Shown here: in pieces, positions 1-7,713 of the stretch
How the letters are laid out: each line of letters begins with the position of its first letter
How positions within the stretch are numbered: position 1 is the stretch's first letter
Source: an uncultured Lachnospiraceae bacterium
GTDB taxonomy: Bacteria > Bacillota > Clostridia > Lachnospirales > Lachnospiraceae
Reading direction: 5' to 3'
Assembly (NCBI GenBank): GCA_902795705.1
Contig: CADBMH010000317.1
Coordinates: forward strand, 1 to 52,105
DNA: 52,105 nucleotides
Position numbers and translations under genes: made by a program
Notes under the pieces: model-generated
What the model was told of the DNA's origin: nothing
The model's input: only the letters and a program-made list of their open reading frames with translations
Databases searched by the model: none

Positions 1-1377
1 CATAAGAAAATCCACATCCTCATCGATCATATGCAGCATATGCTCTGCAATCTCAGGATCAAACTGCGTTCCTTTTCCTTTTCGGATTTCCTCCCGCACA
101 ACCTTCTGTGAAAGAGCATCACGGTAGCTTCTGTTCGAGGTCATCGCATCATAACAGTCCGCTACACAGATCAGCCTTGCTGTCTCCGGGATTTCATCAC
201 CCGCAAGTCCGTCCGGATATCCCTTGCCGTCATACCTTTCATGATGCCAGTGTGCTCCGATCGACAGTCCGGGCAGTTCCGAAATCCGGTCAAGAATCTC
301 TGCTCCCTTTACGGTATGCTCCTTTATAATTTCAAATTCTGCATCAGTCAGTCTCCCCGGTTTATTGATGATCTCATTCGGTACTCCTATTTTACCGACA
401 TCATGTAGCATTGCCGCAAAGTAAATATCATTTACTTCTTCCTCATTTTTTCCCATCCGGACAGCAAGCTCCCTTGCATACTCCGCCACACGGTTCGAAT
501 GACCGTTTGTATAGGTATCCTTTGCATCGATCGCTCCCGACAGCGCATCGATGATCTGCACGGATAATCTTTGCAGCTTATGATAGGTCTTTGTAAGCGC
601 CCTCGTCTTTCTGGTGACCTCCTCCTGTAAAAAACCCTGTAGATGCTTCAGTTCCATGATCCTGCGGATACGCTCTTTCATAATTTCCGCAATAAACGGC
701 TTTCTGATAAGCTCCATCGCACCTGCCTGAAAAAGCTCCAATTCTGTTTCGTCATCATCATCTGCCGTCAAAAACACCACCGGAACCGCTGCAAGCCCCT
801 CCATTTTTTTCATGCGTGCAAAGGTTTCCCGGCCGTCAATTCCCGGCATATTCAGATCCAGGATCACGATATCCGGAACTGTTTTTTCCATAAAGTTTAG
901 CGCCTCTTCTCCGGAAGCCACTCCCTCAACACGATACTGGTCTTCAAATGTCATTTTGATCATCATCAGATTCACAGACTGATCATCAACCGCCAGCATC
1001 AGTGGCTGTTCCTTAGCATCCAGCGCTTTCTCCACCACTCTCGTAATCTCCTCCGGCATGCAGGGCTTTTTAATAAAATTTTTCGCTCCTAAGCGCACTG
1101 CTCTTTCGATATCTTCCTTTGAAGTAGATGCAGTAAGAAACATCACCTTTAAATCCGCAAGCATAGGAATCTGACGAATGCTTTTCAAGGTCTCAAGCCC
1201 ATCCATCCCCGGCATTTCAATATCCAGAAGCAGAAGATCAAATTCCTGCTCTTTAAGAATCTTGATTCCTCTCTCTCCCGACTCTGCAGTAACCACCTGA
1301 TAGCCCGCCTTTTCCAAAATATACTTTGTACTGAAAAGATTCATCTCCTCATCATCCACTACCAGTATTTTCTTCAT
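1..1377 (-). CDS. Response regulator with two tandem REC domains and a C-terminal HD-GYP phosphodiesterase domain (3' end runs off the window)
   Basis: Not in the ORF track; translated by hand from ATG 1377 (RBS GGAGGG): MKKILVVDDEE..LLDIEMPGMDG..FLT..KP, second REC AVDD..LDLNMPGIDG..FLT..KPF, then DAKDTYTNGHS..LHDVGKIG..HHERYDGKGYPDGL..VADCYDAMTSNRSYR. Confidence 0.92.
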   Translation of the reverse strand, partial: MKKILVVDDEEMNLFSTKYILEKAGYQVVTAESGERGIKILKEQEFDLLLLDIEMPGMDGLETLKSIRQIPMLADLKVMFLTASTSKEDIERAVRLGAKNFIKKPCMPEEITRVVEKALDAKEQPLMLAVDDQSVNLMMIKMTFEDQYRVEGVASGEEALNFMEKTVPDIVILDLNMPGIDGRETFARMKKMEGLAAVPVVFLTADDDDETELELFQAGAMELIRKPFIAEIMKERIRRIMELKHLQGFLQEEVTRKTRALTKTYHKLQRLSVQIIDALSGAIDAKDTYTNGHSNRVAEYARELAVRMGKNEEEVNDIYFAAMLHDVGKIGVPNEIINKPGRLTDAEFEIIKEHTVKGAEILDRISELPGLSIGAHWHHERYDGKGYPDGLAGDEIPETARLICVADCYDAMTSNRSYRDALSQKVVREEIRKGKGTQFDPEIAEHMLHMIDEDVDFLM

Positions 1378-1399
1378 ATTCCCTCCATCCTCTCTGTTC

Positions 1400-2008
1400 C
1401 TATTCTACAGGGTACTCCAAAACATACCGCTCATATGCATTAATCACAGTAACCCCCTGATGCTCCGTCACCCGCTTTTGAAACGGATTATAGGAAAGAT
1501 GCATATGACCGTGAACAAAATATTTCGGTTTAAACTTACGAAACAATCTATGAAAGCACTGGAAGCCCATATGAGGCAGATCCTTTCCGTCACCAATACC
1601 ATAAGCAGGCGCATGAGAAACCAGTATATCAAGCCCCTTGTGCCTGTAGATCTGAAACTGCAGCACGATCGTCCGTACTAACATCTCCCATTCCGAATAC
1701 TGAAACTTTCCATGATGATACCGCATGGATCCTCCAAGTCCGGCAATGCGTATTCCTTCAAATTCATAAACTCTGTCCTCAATGCTGAGACACCCCTCCG
1801 GTGGTGTATTCACATAGCAGTCATCATGATTTCCATGTACATACAATACCCGCCCTTTAAAAAAGGTTGCTAAAAAGGATAGGTACTGTGGCGGCAGATC
1901 GCCGCAGGAAATAATCAGATCAATCCCATCCAGTCTCGAAGAATCGAAATAATCCCAAAGAGCCGGAGCCGGTTCATCTGATATAAAAAGAATCTTTACC
2001 GTCTTCAT
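1400..2008 (-). CDS. Calcineurin-like metallophosphoesterase
   Basis: Motifs ISDE, CGDL, GNHD, SHAP, HGHMH; ATGA overlap with the upstream stop. Confidence 0.88.
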   Translation of the reverse strand: MKTVKILFISDEPAPALWDYFDSSRLDGIDLIISCGDLPPQYLSFLATFFKGRVLYVHGNHDDCYVNTPPEGCLSIEDRVYEFEGIRIAGLGGSMRYHHGKFQYSEWEMLVRTIVLQFQIYRHKGLDILVSHAPAYGIGDGKDLPHMGFQCFHRLFRKFKPKYFVHGHMHLSYNPFQKRVTEHQGVTVINAYERYVLEYPVE

Positions 2009-3981
2009 GCCTCTTCTCCATTCTCTGTATCCGGCCGTTCCGAATCACTTTCCATGCCCTTTGCCTTTGCAATTCCCTGTACCTCAACGATGGTTTTCGC
2101 TTCATCCACCAGCTCATCAATCGTAGGAATAAAGCCGATCACATTATCCGCAAGCCAGTCCATGGTAACAATCTCTTCTGTTGAAATCCCATCCTTCTCA
2201 CCGTGATAAACTGTTCCGGTATTCGTGGGAATGTCACCGGAAAACAAGGTAAATTCCCCTAAGCAGATTGATCTTTTCAACAGATCGATTAACTTTGCCG
2301 TCTCCTTCGGCAGCCGCTTTGAACAGATCACATCAATCATTCCCGAAGAAAGTCCCCACCAGTAGTTCAGGGATTCGTTTTTTCCCTTTGGCAGCTCCTG
2401 TTTCCATGTTCCGTTTAAAATGCTCTTTACGATGCGTTCATAAAACACACCCCAGTTCCACACCGGCATTGCCAGATTGCTCAGTCCCTCGTCCTCTTTG
2501 TTATAAAGTCCGAATCTGGCAGACTCATCATCCGGACGGATAAAATCTCTGCCCGATACAAAAGCCAAACCATAATCATCCCTGTTTTCCTGCCTCTCCT
2601 CCGACCTGAGCTTGGACCATTTCAGAAAAATCTTTGCATTTGGATTGACCATCTTCGCACCAAGCGCAAATGCATTAATGTTGGCAATCGTTCCGTAAAT
2701 CGGATAATCCGCGATATATCCGATCTTGTCCGAAGGTGACATAACACCGGCGATCGCTCCGATCAGAAACTTCGCTTCATACAGCCTTCCGTAATAGGTT
2801 CTTAGGTATTTGCAGCTTGTATTTAAGGAACAATTTAATATCTTTAGCTTCGGATAGCTGATTGCATACTTCGTACTGGCTGCAAGTAAGCTCTGTGAAG
2901 TGGAAAAAATAACCGTATTTCCTTCTTTGATCGCTTTTTCGAAGCACTTATTTTCGGCTTCCGCGGAATCTGCCTGAAAATAGGAGCTGATTGAAACTTT
3001 ATCTCCCAGTACCGCCTTTACATGATTGCTCCCCAGGTCATGACCATAGGTCCAGCTCGATGTTTCAACTGATTTATTATGTATAAAAGCAATTTTTAAC
3101 GGTTCCGTGCTCAGTGGCAGCAGCAGCTTGACAAGTGGCTTTTTCTCTACATCCTGATCTGCATCCATAATGAGCTTCACTTCCGGCCTCTCCGGATAAA
3201 ATGTAAAATCATTCCAGATAGCCTCTATTTCCTTTTCCAGTTCCTCCGGGCTTTTCGAAAGCATCTCTTCATACTCATAAATACCCAGATACAGTAAAAA
3301 TGCATCTCCAAAGGTCAGTGAAAGCTTTTTTCCTCCTTTTTTTTCAAATGCCTTTGAAAAAAGTACATAAGTCGTATGAAACTGCTCTCTTTCCTCCTCT
3401 GTGATATTGCGATTCTCTCCGATCCCGATCCTCTCTAAAATTTTCTGATAATTCCCCGGCTGGCTGAAATTCAGATAATTGATCTGTGTCCGGTCATAAA
3501 ACTCCATAAATTCATAATATATTCTACATTCATCGGAATCATCCTGCTTTGGAACCAGTCTTGTAACATATCCCGGTACCGTAACGGCATCACAGTATTT
3601 CAAAACACTGACTCTTTTATTGCCCTCCTCAATATAAAAGCGGTTCATAAACTCATATGCCTTGACCGGCTCCCTGATTCCCTCTTTAATATGCGCCTCA
3701 TATAAATTACACCATTTCGTAGCAAACTCAGAATCAATCGGCAAAAGCGGCATAAAATTACTTGCAAACGCATTTGTCCTGCCTGCCGTCTTCGTACCGA
3801 CAATCTGATCAATCGGAATCTCCACAAGTCCGAGTGTCACCTCGGAAACCACTTCTGTATAGGATAAAATCTCATCCAATACCTGAAGATATGGATACTT
3901 TCCCTGTGAAGTTTTTATCCGAAAATTTCTTACCCCCGCCTTATGTACCTTCTCATATAACTCATATGTCTCCATACCCAT
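2005..3981 (-). CDS. N-terminal ParB/Srx-like domain fused to a BMP/PnrA-family ligand-binding domain; no signal peptide
   Basis: N-terminus IPIDQIVGT..FYIEEGNKRVSV resembles the ParB/Srx GxxR motif; C-terminus KIAFIH..WTYGH..KIGYIADYP..NAFALGAKMVNP is BMP-like; start moved to ATG 3981 behind RBS GGGAG. Confidence 0.8.
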   Translation of the reverse strand: MGMETYELYEKVHKAGVRNFRIKTSQGKYPYLQVLDEILSYTEVVSEVTLGLVEIPIDQIVGTKTAGRTNAFASNFMPLLPIDSEFATKWCNLYEAHIKEGIREPVKAYEFMNRFYIEEGNKRVSVLKYCDAVTVPGYVTRLVPKQDDSDECRIYYEFMEFYDRTQINYLNFSQPGNYQKILERIGIGENRNITEEEREQFHTTYVLFSKAFEKKGGKKLSLTFGDAFLLYLGIYEYEEMLSKSPEELEKEIEAIWNDFTFYPERPEVKLIMDADQDVEKKPLVKLLLPLSTEPLKIAFIHNKSVETSSWTYGHDLGSNHVKAVLGDKVSISSYFQADSAEAENKCFEKAIKEGNTVIFSTSQSLLAASTKYAISYPKLKILNCSLNTSCKYLRTYYGRLYEAKFLIGAIAGVMSPSDKIGYIADYPIYGTIANINAFALGAKMVNPNAKIFLKWSKLRSEERQENRDDYGLAFVSGRDFIRPDDESARFGLYNKEDEGLSNLAMPVWNWGVFYERIVKSILNGTWKQELPKGKNESLNYWWGLSSGMIDVICSKRLPKETAKLIDLLKRSICLGEFTLFSGDIPTNTGTVYHGEKDGISTEEIVTMDWLADNVIGFIPTIDELVDEAKTIVEVQGIAKAKGMESDSERPDTENGEEA

Positions 3982-4016
3982 AATTCGTTCTCCCTTATCC
4001 AAATCTATTCTTTCTT

Positions 4017-4045
4017 ATTATACTATCCACCCAAAATAAACACAA
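4017..4045 (-). promoter_or_regulatory. Sigma-A-type promoter for the ParB-BMP / phosphoesterase / HD-GYP operon
   Basis: TTGTGT-N17-TATAAT on the minus strand. Confidence 0.65.
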
Positions 4046-4046
4046 G

Positions 4047-4078
4047 AAAAAAGAACCTCTTATAAAGAAGTTCTTTTT
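4047..4078 (-). terminator. Intrinsic terminator closing the kinase/FHA operon
   Basis: Minus-strand hairpin AAAAAGAACTTCTT-TAT-AAGAGGTTCTTTTT running into a T-tract, about 30 nt after the stop at 4108. Confidence 0.7.
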
Positions 4079-4107
4079 CCAAATGTAATCCCACACAGCG
4101 TGGAAGA

Positions 4108-5637
4108 CTATTTTACCATGAACATATAATTCTGATTCACCAGATAGAAACGCTCTCCCGGATTCAGAGGATATGCCACATTCGCCTGAAGCCTCGTTCC
4201 GTTTTCTAAAAAGGTTCCATTGGTTGAACCGGTATCCATAAGTACAATTCCGCCATTCTGTCTGTAAACAACACAGTGATTACCGCTGATGTTTTTATCT
4301 GTACTGCCAAATACCACCTGGCAGGCCGGCTGTCTTCCAAAGGTAATCCTGCCATCCGGTCCCGGTACATACGTCCGTCCGGCAACCATTCCGGATACGC
4401 CCTGAACGGATACCATACCTCCGGCACCCATCTGCCCCTGTGGCGCAGGCTGCGGTGGTATCTGCATTCCACCCTGCGGCTGAGGAGGCACAGGTGATCG
4501 GTTTCCTCCATAATTTCCGCCACCGGAATTATTTTTCTTTCCCTTCGATGCAAGTACAACGATGACCACGATCAAAATAATGACAACCAAAACACCTGCT
4601 GCAATACCAATGATCACAGGTGTACTAAGTCCCGACTTTTCCTCTGAAGAAACCTCAGAGGATGTATTTTCATTCGGTGCAGAGGTGACATTCTGATCAT
4701 TCCCACTTCCCGTATCAGAACTTGAAGCATTTTCCGAACTTGAATCATCACCTGTTCCCTGATTTTTTTCATCAGAACCACCATTGTCCGTTATTCCGTC
4801 CGAAGTATACGGTACACTGTTATTATTTAAAAGAGGCAGTACCTCCGCCATGCTGACTGCATAGCGCATCTCTTTTCCGTTTGATCTGATATAATTTGCA
4901 GTAATACCGATAGCAACTCCATCCTCCGTTACCAAAGGACCGCCGGAATTTCCACTCCAGAATTCCGTATCTGTCTGTACCTCACGGACACCGGTACCGG
5001 ACTGTGTCACTAACCGGCTGATCAAACCGGAGGTTACGGAAATATCCTTTTTACTTCTCTTAGACACTGCATCTTTATAGTCGTTATCAGAAAGCCCCGG
5101 AAAACCAAATGCGTATACAGCATCTCCCACCATATCATCCGTAGGTGCAGCTACAGAAAGAGGCTTTCTCTTGTCTGTCGCCTCCTCAATACGAAGAACG
5201 GCTACATCTGATTTTTCATTATAAGCAACCGGATATGCCTCAACAAAATCATTTTCATCAAAGTAGACGCGGATCACCGCTTTATCAAAATAGAAATAAA
5301 TTTGTCCTGTCCACTGGTTATAGCATATGTATCTGCCCTTCTTCCCTTCCTGTGCTGCCAGATAATGCTGTATCACATGATGATTGGTTACAAGATACTG
5401 TGGGTTTTCACCTGCATTTCCGACAAAGAATCCACTCCCTGTCCAACCATCCTGGTAATTTTTGGTACCGACGTCCCGAAGGCTCTCCGCTACCATAACT
5501 ACACAATCCCTGATTTCTGCCGGTGCTCCTGCACTCGCTTTCGAAGCACTGATAAAAATTCCTGCTCCGATCAAACAGAACATGACCAGAAACATCGAAA
5601 GACTTCTTATCAGTTTTTCCCTCAAATTGTTCATCAT
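4108..5637 (-). CDS. Membrane-anchored trypsin-like serine protease with a cytoplasmic C-terminal FHA domain
   Basis: Signal peptide; triad motifs VTNHHV, SDVAVL, GNSGGP; Ser/Asn-rich linker; TM (VIIGIAAGVLVVIILIVVIVVLA); Pro/Gln linker; FHA motifs FGR, ISGNH, STNGT. Confidence 0.9.
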   Translation of the reverse strand: MMNNLREKLIRSLSMFLVMFCLIGAGIFISASKASAGAPAEIRDCVVMVAESLRDVGTKNYQDGWTGSGFFVGNAGENPQYLVTNHHVIQHYLAAQEGKKGRYICYNQWTGQIYFYFDKAVIRVYFDENDFVEAYPVAYNEKSDVAVLRIEEATDKRKPLSVAAPTDDMVGDAVYAFGFPGLSDNDYKDAVSKRSKKDISVTSGLISRLVTQSGTGVREVQTDTEFWSGNSGGPLVTEDGVAIGITANYIRSNGKEMRYAVSMAEVLPLLNNNSVPYTSDGITDNGGSDEKNQGTGDDSSSENASSSDTGSGNDQNVTSAPNENTSSEVSSEEKSGLSTPVIIGIAAGVLVVIILIVVIVVLASKGKKNNSGGGNYGGNRSPVPPQPQGGMQIPPQPAPQGQMGAGGMVSVQGVSGMVAGRTYVPGPDGRITFGRQPACQVVFGSTDKNISGNHCVVYRQNGGIVLMDTGSTNGTFLENGTRLQANVAYPLNPGERFYLVNQNYMFMVK

Positions 5638-5663
5638 AATTCTCCTCCTTAATTTGTTTTATT

Positions 5664-7682
5664 TTACCATGCATCATCCGACCATGAAGATGATGATTTC
5701 TTTTTCTTCTTCTTCGTCGTTGTGCTTGATTTCTTTGATGAAGGCCTTTTTGTTGCCCTAACAACAGGTCTTTTCGTCGGCTTTGGCGTCGGCCTCGGTG
5801 TCGGCTTTGGCGTCGGCTTCGGGCCCTTACTCAGTGTTAATGTCACTGTACTTTCCCGAATATTATGATTCGTTGTCTTCTCCGAAGGATTTTGGGCACA
5901 AACCTTATCCTTTGCAACAGAGCTGTATTCCTTTGTGCTGTTTGCCTTCACATGTTCATTCACCAGCTTATTCAGTTCTTCCTTCCCATCCTTGATACTC
6001 GCCCTGCCCGCAAGCTCTTTATATATCTTATCTCTGACCTCTTTTAATGTCAGTCCCTGAAAACCTGCTAAGGATATCACATAGTCCGTCTTTTTTCCAA
6101 GGGAAACACCACAGTTGATCTGCTTTAGCGTATCAAGATCTACCACCTCTCCGGCAGCCGGCTCCTGAGCGATCACCCTGCCGTAAGACTGTGCATCATT
6201 ATAAACAGGAGCTGCAAAGGTTACACTTAACCCATACTGTTTGAAATATGCTTCTGCCTCTTTTGTTGTTTTTCCAACAACACTTTCCAACGCTATATGC
6301 TTACTGGTTGCTACTACAATTTCCAGTTTCTCATCACCAATCGGTGAACCCGGCGAAATATTCTGACTTAGAATTTCCTCTACTGCGGTATTTTTATCAT
6401 ACTTATAGGTAATCTTAATGTCCTTTGTCTGATCCAGAGTAATCCCCGCCTCCTTGAGCTTATCAGACATTTCATCGAAGGCAGTCCCCTCCAGTCGTAT
6501 CATTTTTGCAGAACTATCCACCACCCCGGCATCCGTAACGACCGCATTCTTTTCTTTTGTTGTCATAACAATCGCCGCAATACCACCGCCAATGATACAT
6601 AATACAGCCACTAACATTGCAGCCTTAGCCGCAACAGGCAGCCGCATAAAAAAACCACCTTTTTCCTTCTTCTCAGCAGGAAGAATCCACTCCGGCTCAT
6701 ATACAGGTTCAAAATCTCCCCCTCCAAGTACCTCCATAAACTCTTCCGCACTCTGCAGACGATGCTCCGGCTTGACATTAAGGCATACCATTATGCCAAG
6801 CTCTGCTTCTTCCGGTATCTCTACCCCAAGCTCAGAGGGAGTAGGAATTTTTTCATTTCGTATCCTCTCATTCGCCGGTGCAGGCTTTTTGCCGGTCAGC
6901 ATCCGATAGAAGAGTGCCGCTACCGCATAAAGATCTGTATACGGTCCCTGTTCTGTTTTACGGCTGTACTGTTCAATTGGAGCATAGCCGCTTTTTAATA
7001 TGATCTCTGTCTGCGTGCTGACATTATCTGCAGTCGCATGAATTGCCGCACCGAAGTCAATCAGCTTAATGATTCCTTCCTTTGTAATAAAAATATTATC
7101 CGGAGCAATATCTCTATGCAAAACTCCTCTTTTATGGACATCTTTTAATGTATAGAGAACCGTAAGAATTACCCGGCGGCACCATTCATAATCGCGTTTA
7201 TTGCCACTCTGCTTCAAAATGGTTTTTACATCCATTCCCTCCAGATACTCCATGACAATATAACCGGTTCCATTGGCTTCAAAGACAGAATACACCTTAA
7301 CAACACCTTTGATATCCTGCAATTCGGCAACACTCCTTGCCTCCTTCAAAAACTGCTGCAGCCCGTTCTCAAAACGTTCCTCACCGGTTCCCTGAGCTCC
7401 GGCAACCGTTACTCCGTCTCCGTCTCTGCCGCAAAACTGTCTCGGATAATATTCTTTGATCGCTACTTTGGATAAAAGTGTTTTGTTCCAGCCTATATAG
7501 GTATGACCAAAACCACCGGAGCCTATCGCTTTCCCAACGATAAACTTTCCCTCTAACTCCGTTCCGGGCGGCAAAAACTGCTTTTCAACTGTCCCTAAGT
7601 CCAGATCAGCACCACAGTGAGGACACTTCGTATACTTTCCGTCCTCAATCTGCTCCATACAAGTATAGCAAAAACCCATCAT
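5664..7682 (-). CDS. Transmembrane Ser/Thr protein kinase: Zn ribbon, kinase, TM, PASTA-like repeats, Pro/Lys-rich tail
   Basis: CYTC..CPHCG; GSGGFG, VAIKE, HRDIAPDN, DFG, GYAPIE; TM; PASTA-like segments (VGKTTKEA..GRVIAQEPAAGE); start at 7682 or 7679 after AGGAG. Confidence 0.9.
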   Translation of the reverse strand: MMGFCYTCMEQIEDGKYTKCPHCGADLDLGTVEKQFLPPGTELEGKFIVGKAIGSGGFGHTYIGWNKTLLSKVAIKEYYPRQFCGRDGDGVTVAGAQGTGEERFENGLQQFLKEARSVAELQDIKGVVKVYSVFEANGTGYIVMEYLEGMDVKTILKQSGNKRDYEWCRRVILTVLYTLKDVHKRGVLHRDIAPDNIFITKEGIIKLIDFGAAIHATADNVSTQTEIILKSGYAPIEQYSRKTEQGPYTDLYAVAALFYRMLTGKKPAPANERIRNEKIPTPSELGVEIPEEAELGIMVCLNVKPEHRLQSAEEFMEVLGGGDFEPVYEPEWILPAEKKEKGGFFMRLPVAAKAAMLVAVLCIIGGGIAAIVMTTKEKNAVVTDAGVVDSSAKMIRLEGTAFDEMSDKLKEAGITLDQTKDIKITYKYDKNTAVEEILSQNISPGSPIGDEKLEIVVATSKHIALESVVGKTTKEAEAYFKQYGLSVTFAAPVYNDAQSYGRVIAQEPAAGEVVDLDTLKQINCGVSLGKKTDYVISLAGFQGLTLKEVRDKIYKELAGRASIKDGKEELNKLVNEHVKANSTKEYSSVAKDKVCAQNPSEKTTNHNIRESTVTLTLSKGPKPTPKPTPRPTPKPTKRPVVRATKRPSSKKSSTTTKKKKKKSSSSWSDDAW
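5776..5823. repeat. 4 x 12-bp coding tandem repeat (PKPT/PRPT)
   Basis: gtcggctttggc-type units read directly. Confidence 0.85.
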
Positions 7683-7713
7683 CTCACTCCTATCTGTTTC
7701 TATTCTGTCTTTT

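Noticed and set aside
2005-3981. Ordinary nucleoside ABC transporter binding lipoprotein, or a chromosome-partition ParB
   Set aside because: No lipobox or transporter genes; no ParA and no recognisable ParB HTH region
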